A stretch of 64,000 nucleotides of DNA from Candidatus Lindowbacteria bacterium RIFCSPLOWO2_12_FULL_62_27 (GTDB lineage Bacteria > Lindowbacteria > 2-12-FULL-62-27), in assembly GCA_001784175.1 (NCBI GenBank), contig MFPR01000043.1, forward strand, positions 124,001-188,000, in the 5' to 3' direction. The notes below the pieces were generated by a model that did not search any database, was not told where the DNA came from, and saw only the letters and a list, made by a program, of their open reading frames with translations. Made by a program: the position numbers and the translations under genes. This document shows, piece after piece, positions 1 to 9,766 of the stretch; within the stretch, counting starts at the first letter, position 1; the number at the start of each line of letters is the position of its first letter.

Positions 1-276
1 AAGAAGCGGATGTCGCCGGAGGAGGAACAGCGGGCCCGCCGGGATTACCGGCTGCCGACGCTCGTTTTTTCAGGGGTGCCGGACCTGTACGCGCTGTACC
101 TGCGAAGCGATCCGCGGCAGTTACCTGCCCACTTTGTCGATTTCCACACGATGTTCCATGCGTACGGCGAGGAAGTCACTCTGTTCGCGGACGTCATGCA
201 CTACAGCGAAGACGCCTCCCGGATGATCGCGGAGAGTTATCACCGGAAAATATCGGAACTTCTAAAACGACCGTAA
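1..276 (+). CDS. C-terminal fragment of a probable SGNH/GDSL-like hydrolase (5' truncated by window)
   Basis: Ends FVDFHTMF...LFADVMHYSEDASRMIAE, resembling the SGNH block V DxxH region; stop at 276. Confidence 0.45.
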   Translation, partial: KKRMSPEEEQRARRDYRLPTLVFSGVPDLYALYLRSDPRQLPAHFVDFHTMFHAYGEEVTLFADVMHYSEDASRMIAESYHRKISELLKRP

Positions 277-304
277 CTGTGATATATACAGGCGCGTTTT
301 CAGT

Positions 305-378
305 GGGGACGTGGTGCAGCTGGTTAGCACACCGGCCTGTCAAGCCGGAGGTCGCGGGTTCGACCCCCGTCGTCCCCG
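305..378 (+). tRNA. tRNA-Asp(GTC)
   Basis: Acceptor GGGGACG/CGTCCCC, D-arm with TGGTTA, anticodon stem CCGGC-CT-GTC-AA-GCCGG, T-loop GGTTCGA, discriminator G378; followed by TCA, not CCA. Confidence 0.97.
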
Positions 379-2013
379 TCACACATCCTTGTACGTCTTG
401 ACGGCGTTCCTTCCGGATTCTTTCGCCACGTACAGCGCGCGGTCGGCGGATTCGATCAGCGAGCGCTTGTCGGTTGCGCTGTCCGGGAAGGTTGCCAGCC
501 CGATGGAGATGGTGATCCGGACGGACCTTCCGTCAAAATCGAATTCCAATTCCTCGACGGCATTGCGGAGCCGGTCGGCGAAAATCTTGGCGCCTTCGAG
601 CGGCGTATCGGGGAGGATGATCCCGAATTCCTCGCCGCCGTAGCGGCAGGGCACGTCGATCTTGCCGCGGATCGATTTCTTGATGGCCCCCGCCACCGCC
701 CTGAGCACGATGTCTCCCTGCTGGTGGCCGAACGTGTCATTGACGCGCTTGAAATGGTCGAGGTCGGACATGACCAGCGTGAAGTTTCCATTCATCCGCT
801 GGGTCCGGTCGATCTGGCGGTTCATTTCCTGCTGGAAATAGCGGTGGTTGTAAAGGCCGGTCATCGCGTCGGTCACGGCGCGGTACTGAAACTCCAGTTT
901 CGACAGCGTCGCCTCGAGCTGGTTGGAGACGCCGTTCAACAGCCGCTCGTCGATCTCGTCGATGACCGCGTCTGCCGGCCGGACCATCCAGATGCCTCCC
1001 GTGACCTCGTTCTCGGAAAAGAAGGGGAAACAGAGCCGGTTCGACTCCGCGAGCGGTTTGGGATGCTCGCCCGATTCGGGCGGCGGCGAGGCGCGGAGCT
1101 TCCGGAGATAAAACAGCGCGATTTCGTCCGGCTCGCCCGCCACCATTTCCTCGGCGCCGACCCCGTGAAACACGAGGGCGCCGGTCGTTCCTGAAATGCT
1201 CCGGGCCAGCCGCGCAAGGACGGCGGTCAGGACTTCCTGTGGGCCCGCCTGCTCGTTCAGGATTGTCGCGATTTCCTGGAGAATCCCGAGATTGTCCGTC
1301 ATCCGGTTGAACGCGCCCGCCAAAATCCCCGTCTCGTCGCGGCTCTCGACCCTGATCCGGTGCTGAAACTCGCCGCCGGCGATTTTTAGAATGCCGGACA
1401 TGACGGTCCGAAGAGGCTTGAGGACCGTGTCGGAGATGATGAAGGCCAAGAGAAGAGAAAAGGCGATCGACACGGCCATGAGGCCCAGCATGAGATCGCG
1501 CGTCTGGACCAGCCGGTCCTGCATGAATTTCAACGAGAGGCCCACCCGGACGGTCCCGAGCAGTTTCTCGACGCCTCGGATCTGGACCGGCTCGAAAAAT
1601 ACGTACAGCTTCGTATCGTCCAGCGTGCGGCGCCGGTCGGTGAAAATGTCCTGGGTGGCGCGGACCCAGCGGTCGTCGCCGACGATGGCGACGATTTCGT
1701 TGCGCGGGGTGGTGAGGTCGTTGACGGCGATGAAGAGAATCCGGCTGTCCTTTTGCTGGATGCTGTTGGCAATTTCTCGGATCTCGAAATACTGGGACTG
1801 CGCCAGAAGTTCGGCGATGTGGTCGGCGAGACTGGAGGCGATGAATCGCCCGGAGGCGGCGAGGCTCGACTCGATGACCGCCTCCTGCTGCCAGAGTGCG
1901 ACCCAGGTGACGCCCGCGGTGACGCCGATCGCGACGATCATCATGGCGATGAAAAGCTTCATGCGGATCGACAGCCGCAGGATCCTGTCGTGGACCTGCT
2001 CCATCATGGACAT
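379..2013 (-). CDS. Membrane diguanylate cyclase (TM-periplasmic-TM-HAMP-GAF-like-GGDEF)
   Basis: Two TM helices, HAMP (DETGILAGAFNRM), TDAMTGLYNHRYF, DLDHFKRVNDTFGHQQGD, RYGGEEF. Confidence 0.93.
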   Translation of the reverse strand: MSMMEQVHDRILRLSIRMKLFIAMMIVAIGVTAGVTWVALWQQEAVIESSLAASGRFIASSLADHIAELLAQSQYFEIREIANSIQQKDSRILFIAVNDLTTPRNEIVAIVGDDRWVRATQDIFTDRRRTLDDTKLYVFFEPVQIRGVEKLLGTVRVGLSLKFMQDRLVQTRDLMLGLMAVSIAFSLLLAFIISDTVLKPLRTVMSGILKIAGGEFQHRIRVESRDETGILAGAFNRMTDNLGILQEIATILNEQAGPQEVLTAVLARLARSISGTTGALVFHGVGAEEMVAGEPDEIALFYLRKLRASPPPESGEHPKPLAESNRLCFPFFSENEVTGGIWMVRPADAVIDEIDERLLNGVSNQLEATLSKLEFQYRAVTDAMTGLYNHRYFQQEMNRQIDRTQRMNGNFTLVMSDLDHFKRVNDTFGHQQGDIVLRAVAGAIKKSIRGKIDVPCRYGGEEFGIILPDTPLEGAKIFADRLRNAVEELEFDFDGRSVRITISIGLATFPDSATDKRSLIESADRALYVAKESGRNAVKTYKDV

Positions 2014-2016
2014 CAG

Positions 2017-3010
2017 TCAGATCCCGGCTTGAAGCCGGTCCACCATCCGGACCACGGTCCGGATCGATTCGTATTCCGCCGGGGCCGCGGTTTCAAATCC
2101 GCCCACCTGCAGTTTCTTGAGAATGTCCGGCCGGCCATTCAATTCCAGAAACAGCGTCCGGAGTTTCTTCGCCTCCGCCTCCTGGAGATTTCCGCCCACC
2201 AGAGCGGCGATCGGCTCGTATGGAACGGAGTCCGAGCGCGTGAGGACCATGAGTTCCGCCCGGCGGTCGGCTTCGGCGTCCTTCAGAAACACCGCGGGAG
2301 CGCCTTCGAAGACGGCGCCGGCGTCAAATTTCCCGAAGAGAACCGCGAGGACCACATTGCCGTACTGGTTGAGAAAATGCCGCCGGGCGAACAGCGGATC
2401 CTTCACGGAAATGCCGCATTTCATCAAATGCGCCGCCGCCAGCAGGTAGCCGGCGGTCGACGTGGTGTCGACAAAGGCACATGACCGCCCGGCCAGGTCC
2501 GCCACGGTGTTGATGCCCGAGTCCTTCCGGACAATGATCTCGGACGCATACTCGCTCTTGCCGTGCCGCATGGGTTTCACGATCGGGATCAACCGGTGCA
2601 TCTTTCGGTCCGCGAGGGATTTCTCCGCGTCCAGATAGGCCAGCGGGCCCAGCCAAGCCAGCTCCAGATCGCCGTCCCGGATCGCGCCGACCATCGCCGC
2701 GTAATCGGCAAAAAGCTGCAGCGAGAGTTTGCGGTCTAATTGGCCCGAAAGATAATCCAGGAGCGGTTGGTGGTCCCGGTACATGTCGCCGTAGGCGCCG
2801 TAGGGCACGCGCCCGAATCGAATTGAATCCTTGTGCGTTGCCGGGTCCGCGCGCTCCGGCGCCGGCACGGAAACGGTGGAGGTCGTGACCGGCGTCCGGG
2901 CCAACTCGATGGCCGGGCCTGTGCTGGTGGATGCGCCGCAGGCGGCGAGAAAGAAGAAAACTAGCGCCGGCGGAAAGAAGGGGAAGCGGGTTTGGGCAGT
3001 TTTTTCAGAT
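2017..3010 (-). CDS. PhnD/SsuA-type (phosphate/phosphonate-like) periplasmic binding lipoprotein; start uncertain
   Basis: Lipobox LAAC, ELAWLGPLAY, YASEIIVRKDSGI, FVDTTSTAGYL motifs; no canonical start just upstream of the signal peptide, so the 5' coordinate is approximate. Confidence 0.75.
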
Positions 3011-3179
3011 ATTCCGCGTTGAATTCCTCGGCGAATTCCCTGATCCAGCGGGACGCGGCTTCGTTCCGGGAAATGTCTCGCCCGTAATGGGTGGCGAGTT
3101 TCTCCCGGTAGACGGTGATTTCCTTGACCTGATTTCGCATGTGCTGATGAAATTCCTGCCGTGTCATCTTGGATGCCAT
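2961..3179 (-). CDS. Small protein resembling the GR-x-S-xx-EAA-x-WI motif domain found C-terminal in some PilZ proteins / DUF4032-like
   Basis: Strong SD (GAGGGGAGG); YREKLATHYGRDISRNEAASRWIREFAEEF. Confidence 0.65.
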   Translation of the reverse strand: MASKMTRQEFHQHMRNQVKEITVYREKLATHYGRDISRNEAASRWIREFAEEFNAEYLKKLPKPASPSFRRR

Positions 3180-3226
3180 CCTCCCCTCGGCGGTAGGGAA
3201 ACGCCGGTTGTGTCGCTCTATTCAAT

Positions 3227-3254
3227 GATTCGGAGGATGGAACGTAAAACTTTA
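3227..3254 (-). promoter_or_regulatory. Putative sigma28 (FliA/SigD) promoter
   Basis: Minus strand TAAAGTTT-N12-TCCGAATC versus consensus TAAAGTTT-N11-GCCGATAA. Confidence 0.5.
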
Positions 3255-3260
3255 GCCCTG

Positions 3261-3983
3261 TCAAGCCGAACCGCCCGGAGGCGCTGACCCGGCTCGAATC
3301 AGTTCAAGGTTGCGCCGCGCGACCATGTGGTAGGGAGATTGCTGGAGCAGCGACTGAAGCTCCTTTTCTGCTTCGCCTTTCAGACCGGCCAGGTACAGCG
3401 CCCCGGCCAGGTTGTTTCTGAATGCCGACGACGACTCGGTTGAACGCAATGCCTGGCCCATTCGCGCGGCCTCGCCGTATTGCTTGTTCTGAAGCGCTTC
3501 GAGAAATGCATCGAGGGTGGCCGGTACCGGCGCGGCAACCGTCGGCGGTGGCGGCGGTGGCGGCGGCGGAACCTCCGCCTCGATCTCCAAGGCATCTTCG
3601 AAGGATGTTGATGCCTCGACCTTGACTTGCCGGGGGGGTTCGGGCGGCGGCGCGACCGCGGCCGGCGCCGGCTCGGATTCTTCCTCGTCGGTAAACATGT
3701 CTTCGAGATCGTCCGGCGGGTCGTCCCTGTCCATGGGCCGGACGGGTGATGCGATCTTCTCGTGCAGCACTTCGGCGGATGGCAATTCCTCATGCGGTTC
3801 TTCCAGAACAGCCACGGGCGCGGGCGGCGCTGCCTCTATCGCAGGTTCGGCGGGCGCTGCTTTCTCCGCCGGCGCTCCGTCCCGCAGTTCCTCCTCCATC
3901 TTGGGCAGATCCTTCTCGAGGTCGCTGAGGAGCGAATCAAGATTGGACAGATCCAACTCGTCCGAACTCTTCTCTTCCGCCAT
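3261..3983 (-). CDS. Hypothetical protein: acidic/Pro-rich disordered N-part, C-terminal TPR-like helices
   Basis: ATG at 3983 with SD GGAGAGGAGG; C-terminus NNLAGALYLAG...ARRNLELI. Confidence 0.7.
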   Translation of the reverse strand: MAEEKSSDELDLSNLDSLLSDLEKDLPKMEEELRDGAPAEKAAPAEPAIEAAPPAPVAVLEEPHEELPSAEVLHEKIASPVRPMDRDDPPDDLEDMFTDEEESEPAPAAVAPPPEPPRQVKVEASTSFEDALEIEAEVPPPPPPPPPTVAAPVPATLDAFLEALQNKQYGEAARMGQALRSTESSSAFRNNLAGALYLAGLKGEAEKELQSLLQQSPYHMVARRNLELIRAGSAPPGGSA

Positions 3984-4024
3984 GCGTGCCTCCTCTCCCG
4001 CCGGTCCCTCCGGCGGGCAGACGC

Positions 4025-5827
4025 CTATCGAGTCGCCGCGCCCCGGACGCCGACCAGCACGGAATCGATGTCCTCGCGGGAAACCGTGCCGTCCACCCCG
4101 ACGAGTTCGTCCGGCGATGCCCGGCGAAGATCCTCGATCCGCCGGTAGCCGGCCTCGAACCATCTCGCAAGCGCCTCGCGCGGGATCTTCCGGATCATCC
4201 GCACGTCCGTGATGAACACTTCGCGGTAGTCTTCCGTTTCATAGGATAACTTTTCCTTCGGATGTTTTCGCAGGTTGGCGATGAGTTCCGACGCCTCCTC
4301 GGCGCCCACGCCGGCGCGGGTGGAAAGATCCTGGATCTTGGTTTGAAGCAGCAAGTCCGGCCGGTGCCAGCCGGCGGAATAGACCTGCGCGGCCAGCCGC
4401 GGTTTGACGCCGGCCAGCCGGCAGAGCTTGACGATGAACATCTTTCTCGCCAGCGCGGCGTCCATCGGCTCGCCGGGGGCGGCCGCCCGCGCGTCCTCGC
4501 CGGGTGGGCCCGCCGCCGGCGCGGCCGCAGAAACCGGACGTTTGGGAGCGGCCGGCGAAATCGCCAGCGGACCGGATTTTCCCTCGAGCTGGCCGTCGGC
4601 GTTCAGGATCGCCCAGCCGCCGCGGCGCGGGTCCACCGCCGCCTCCCACTGGGCCTCGACGAATTCGAGCGCGCGGCCAAAATCCTCCATGGACGGCGCG
4701 TGGCCGGACACGGCGAATGCGGACAGGGTCTGGATCGCCACGTGCTTGCCCTGGCCCAGCTCGTACAGCCGCAGGATGTCTTCGTTGAATTTTCGTTGCG
4801 CGCGTTCAACGCTTGCCTTGAACTCCCCGGGCGCGAGCGCGCAGATGAAATAGAAATCTTCAGTGACGGCCCGGGGCGCCGTTTGGGGGAGCGCGGCCTG
4901 AAGTGACTCGGCCGCGATTTTCTTGATCATCGGCCGGTTGGCCCGGCCGAACTGCTTGACGTATTCCTTCGCGTAATTGACCTTCAGGAAGACGGCGAAT
5001 GTTTCGTCCTTCGCCTGGACCGCGTCCTCGAACAGTTTCTGCGCGGCTGCCTCCGTCGGAAACTCGGTGTCGGGATCCACAAACTGCTCGCCGGCCGACG
5101 GGTCGGCCCGGTGTCGGATCTCCTCGAGCGACAGCACCAGATCGCCGAACTCGCCGAAATCCGACGGGTCGAGCGCGGTCTTGCGGCGCTGGTTCAGGGC
5201 GTTCAGGAGATGCCGCATCGGAATCCTCACTTCAGAATGGATCACAAAGCCGATGAAGATGAGGAGCGCGACAAAGGTGAGCGACCAGAACAGCGCGTTC
5301 CGCAGTACGGCGCTCATCAGATACGCCGCGCGCGTTTCGTCCTTCGATTGCAGCATCAGCACGTAGTCGGGCGACCGCGCGGACGGGACGGGGATCGCGT
5401 AGAAGGCGCGCGTGCGATCCACCTGGCGCATGACGTGGAATTCGTCGCTCTTGAACACATTGGTGGCCAGGATGCCGATGGAGGCGCTCTTGTCCAACTG
5501 CACCGTCTGGGCCAGCCGGTAGACGCCCTCTTCGTCGGTCCTCTTGTAGAGGCCCGCCTGGACCATTTGCGCGGCGCCGCTCGCGCTGTTGAATCCCGCC
5601 AGGACCCGATGCGCCTCGCGGTCAAAGGGCTCGTTCATGCTGTTTGGGAGCTGCACGGCGGACAGAATCTCCGTTCCGAGAAATCTGAACTGCTCCTGGA
5701 GCTGCTGGTCGAGCAGCCGGTTCAATCGCTGATAGTCGTGGTACAGAATGAGCCCGCCCGCCGGCAGGATGGCGAGACTCCCCGCCAGAATCAGCTTGAA
5801 ATAGATCGAATTCAAAAACCGGCCCAC
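4025..5827 (-). CDS. Membrane protein with degenerate GGDEF-like domain and C-terminal helix-hairpin-helix repeats
   Basis: GTG at 5827 just after eno stop; 2 TM; DPDTEFPT...VFLKVNYAKEYVKQFG; two HhH-like units (LAGVKPRLAAQVYSAG; IPREALARWFEAGYRRIEDL). Confidence 0.65.
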   Translation of the reverse strand: MGRFLNSIYFKLILAGSLAILPAGGLILYHDYQRLNRLLDQQLQEQFRFLGTEILSAVQLPNSMNEPFDREAHRVLAGFNSASGAAQMVQAGLYKRTDEEGVYRLAQTVQLDKSASIGILATNVFKSDEFHVMRQVDRTRAFYAIPVPSARSPDYVLMLQSKDETRAAYLMSAVLRNALFWSLTFVALLIFIGFVIHSEVRIPMRHLLNALNQRRKTALDPSDFGEFGDLVLSLEEIRHRADPSAGEQFVDPDTEFPTEAAAQKLFEDAVQAKDETFAVFLKVNYAKEYVKQFGRANRPMIKKIAAESLQAALPQTAPRAVTEDFYFICALAPGEFKASVERAQRKFNEDILRLYELGQGKHVAIQTLSAFAVSGHAPSMEDFGRALEFVEAQWEAAVDPRRGGWAILNADGQLEGKSGPLAISPAAPKRPVSAAAPAAGPPGEDARAAAPGEPMDAALARKMFIVKLCRLAGVKPRLAAQVYSAGWHRPDLLLQTKIQDLSTRAGVGAEEASELIANLRKHPKEKLSYETEDYREVFITDVRMIRKIPREALARWFEAGYRRIEDLRRASPDELVGVDGTVSREDIDSVLVGVRGAATR

Positions 5828-5834
5828 GGCCCGA

Positions 5835-7160
<1,326 letters not shown>

Positions 7161-7283
7161 CTACTACGCCCGCCGGAAAGTGTCAAGAAAACGGGCAGCG
7201 GTTTTTGTTTTGAACCGGCGTGATTGAAGATTGAAATCAAATTTGAGATGGTGAGGCACTTTGCGGAAGGGAGCGTGTGGATT

Positions 7284-8168
7284 GTGCATCTGGCGGTCAC
7301 CCAGCGGACGCGGTGCCGGTACAGCCGGCCGGTCCAGTTTGCGCGAATCGAATACCGCGTGTTTCCGGCCGGCTCGGCGGAACAGAACGTGATCCGGCTG
7401 AACGTTGCGATCGAGCCGGATTCGGAGCGCTCGGATTTCACGGACGCATGGGGGAACCTGTATCGCAAGGCCGAGTGGCCGGAGTCGCTCGATGGCTGGA
7501 CGCTCTCGGTCGACCTGTTCGTCCAGACGCTCATGGATAACCCCTTCGCCTTCGCGGCCGCGGCCGCCGATGCGCCCGTGCCGGACCGGGATTTTCCGTG
7601 GCCGCCCGAGACGGCCGGATACCGGCGGTGGGAATATGACCCATGGGACAACGAGCCGGCGGTTGAGGCGTGGGCACGCGAGATTTCAGCGCCGGTCCGG
7701 GGGGCGTTCAAAAAAATCCAGGCGCTCGTGGATGCGATCCACCGGCAGTTCAAATTTTGCAAGGGCATGACGGACGTCAAAACGCCGCCGGCGGAAATTC
7801 TGCGGCTGAAAGTCGGGGTCTGCCAGGATTTCTCAACGCTCCTCATCGCCGCCGCCCGAACCTTCGGTCTGCCGGCCCGATATGTCAGCGGATACATCTA
7901 CGAAGGTCCGAAATCCAATCGCGCGGGATCCGCGCCTTCCGGGCACGGCTGGGCGGAGGTCTATTTTCCGGACATCGGCTGGCGGGGATTCGACCCGCTC
8001 AACGGCATCCTGGCCTGTCAGACGCACGTGCGTGTCGCGCAGGGCCGCTGGTACGCCGACGCCGCGCCGATCGTCGGCCGGTTCATCGGCGCGGGCGTGA
8101 CGCAAACCACAGAAACCGAAATCACGGTTGACAAAGCCGACGCCTCCGGCAGGAGCATCGAACCGTGA
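7284..8168 (+). CDS. Transglutaminase-like family protein
   Basis: N-terminal HLAVTQRTRCRYSRPV, catalytic GVCQDF, HGWAEVY, GFDP; GTG start chosen from SD GGAAGGGAG. Confidence 0.9.
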   Translation: MHLAVTQRTRCRYSRPVQFARIEYRVFPAGSAEQNVIRLNVAIEPDSERSDFTDAWGNLYRKAEWPESLDGWTLSVDLFVQTLMDNPFAFAAAAADAPVPDRDFPWPPETAGYRRWEYDPWDNEPAVEAWAREISAPVRGAFKKIQALVDAIHRQFKFCKGMTDVKTPPAEILRLKVGVCQDFSTLLIAAARTFGLPARYVSGYIYEGPKSNRAGSAPSGHGWAEVYFPDIGWRGFDPLNGILACQTHVRVAQGRWYADAAPIVGRFIGAGVTQTTETEITVDKADASGRSIEP

Positions 8169-8917
8169 CATTTTGCCTGGGGATGTGGTGCAACGAGGGC
8201 CTGATCGCGCTGGCTGACACGCGCATCACGGCCGGCAACGAGTCTTCCATGGCCGGGAAAATCACCGTCCACCAGTACTCACGCCACTCGCTCTTCATCA
8301 TGACGTCCGGCCTCCGGTCCGTCCGGGACAAGGCGCTCATGTTTTATGAGGAATTCCTCTCGGAAAAAGAGAAGAAGATGACGCAAACCTACCACGCGGT
8401 CGACGCGCTCGCCAAACAGATGCGGCGCGTGCAAAAGGAGGACGCGCGGTGGCTGAAAAAAAGCGGCCTCGACTTCGACATCCACGCCCTCGTCGGTGGA
8501 CAGCTCGAGCGCGACTCGGAACACAAGCTGTTTTTGATCTACCCTGAAGGCAACTGGGTGGAGGTCAGCCGGTCCACGCCGTACTTCATCATCGGCCAGA
8601 CCGCTTACGGAAAACCGCTCCTGGACCGCGCGTTTTCGCACGAAATCGATCTGCACACCGCCTTGAAAATCGCGATCCTGGTGTTCGACGCAACCCGGAC
8701 CAGCGCCACCGACGTGGACCTGCCGGTCGACGTCGTGATGTATCGGAAAAATGCTTTTAAGATTTCTGAGCGAAGGTTCGAGGAAGTGGAGATAAAATCG
8801 CTGATGGAATTCTGGAACCGCGGCATCCGGCGTCTCGTGTCGGAGGTCCCGCAGGACCAGGTCGACCGGCTCTTCGACGAACTCGAAAAATCCCCCGCAG
8901 GTCCCTCCCCCAAGTAG
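8165..8917 (+). CDS. Anbu proteasome-type (Ntn) peptidase
   Basis: (M)TFCLG...ADTRITAG with N-terminal Thr nucleophile, LFLIYPEGNWVE, IGQTAYGKPLLDR; GTGA overlap with the transglutaminase. Confidence 0.92.
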   Translation: MTFCLGMWCNEGLIALADTRITAGNESSMAGKITVHQYSRHSLFIMTSGLRSVRDKALMFYEEFLSEKEKKMTQTYHAVDALAKQMRRVQKEDARWLKKSGLDFDIHALVGGQLERDSEHKLFLIYPEGNWVEVSRSTPYFIIGQTAYGKPLLDRAFSHEIDLHTALKIAILVFDATRTSATDVDLPVDVVMYRKNAFKISERRFEEVEIKSLMEFWNRGIRRLVSEVPQDQVDRLFDELEKSPAGPSPK

Positions 8918-8919
8918 CG

Positions 8920-9762
8920 TTACAGACGGTCCAGCCAGACGGCGCCGAGCTGGGTCAGCGACAGAATGCCGTTCAGGTGAAAAAACGCCGGTTCGATCCG
9001 GTTCCGCCGCACAAGCAGGTGTTCGTAGATGAGAAGGCCGAGGATGATCGCCTGCGCGGAAAAATATACCGGACCAAGACCTCCGAGACGGCCGTAGACA
9101 AGAAAGAGAAGAAAGGCGGCGGTGTGGGAGGCCATCGCCCATCGAAGCGCGCGGGCCGGCCCGATCGAGGCCGGCAGAGAGTGGAGACCGGTCCGCCGGT
9201 CGAAGTCGACGTCCTGGCAGGCGTAAAAAATGTCGAAGCCGGCGACCCATAAGATGACCGACCCCGCCAGTGCGAGCGTCGGGACCGTCACCGCGCCGCT
9301 CAACGCGATCTCCGCCCCGAGCGGCGCGAGGGCGAGCGCGCCGCCCAGCGCCAGATGCGACCAGCGCGTGAACCGTTTCGTATAAGAGTAGAACACCAGA
9401 TACGCCAGCACCAGCGGCGACAACATCAGGCACAGCGCGTTCAGCCGCCAGGCTGACAGCGTGAACGCGGCGGCGCAGCCGGCGGCGAAGGCTTGCGCCT
9501 GCCGCAAGGGCAGCGCGCCCGTCGCAAGATGCCGGCTGGCGGTCCTCGGGTTTTGAGCGTCGAAGGTCCGGTCCAGGATGCGGTTCATGGCCATCGCGAA
9601 TGCCCGGGCGGACACGAACGCCGCCAGGATCCAGCCGGCCTTTTCCCACGCGGCGCCGGCCCCGCGCGCCGTCTGGAGGACGGCGATCAGGCAGAAGGGC
9701 AGGGCAAAAACGGTGTGGCTGAACTTGATGAATTCTCCGTACAGCCGGATCCTTGCAAGCAT
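8920..9762 (-). CDS. UbiA-family polyprenyltransferase (MqnP/UbiA-like)
   Basis: IKFSHTVFALPF, NRILDRTFDAQNPRT, YSYTKRFT, DIFYACQDVDFD. Confidence 0.93.
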   Translation of the reverse strand: MLARIRLYGEFIKFSHTVFALPFCLIAVLQTARGAGAAWEKAGWILAAFVSARAFAMAMNRILDRTFDAQNPRTASRHLATGALPLRQAQAFAAGCAAAFTLSAWRLNALCLMLSPLVLAYLVFYSYTKRFTRWSHLALGGALALAPLGAEIALSGAVTVPTLALAGSVILWVAGFDIFYACQDVDFDRRTGLHSLPASIGPARALRWAMASHTAAFLLFLVYGRLGGLGPVYFSAQAIILGLLIYEHLLVRRNRIEPAFFHLNGILSLTQLGAVWLDRL

Positions 9763-9766
9763 GCCC

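Noticed and set aside
305-400. tRNA-Asp as an integration site for an island
   Set aside because: No integrase, no duplicate of the tRNA 3' end seen in the window, and native composition downstream.
3180-3264. 415-aa extended version of the PhnD-like ORF starting at TTG 3264
   Set aside because: The extension overlaps a better-supported 72-aa gene and its promoter, and would bury the lipoprotein signal.
7249-7264. Sigma54 promoter TGG...TTGC upstream of the transglutaminase
   Set aside because: GG-to-GC spacing is 11 nt rather than the strict 10.
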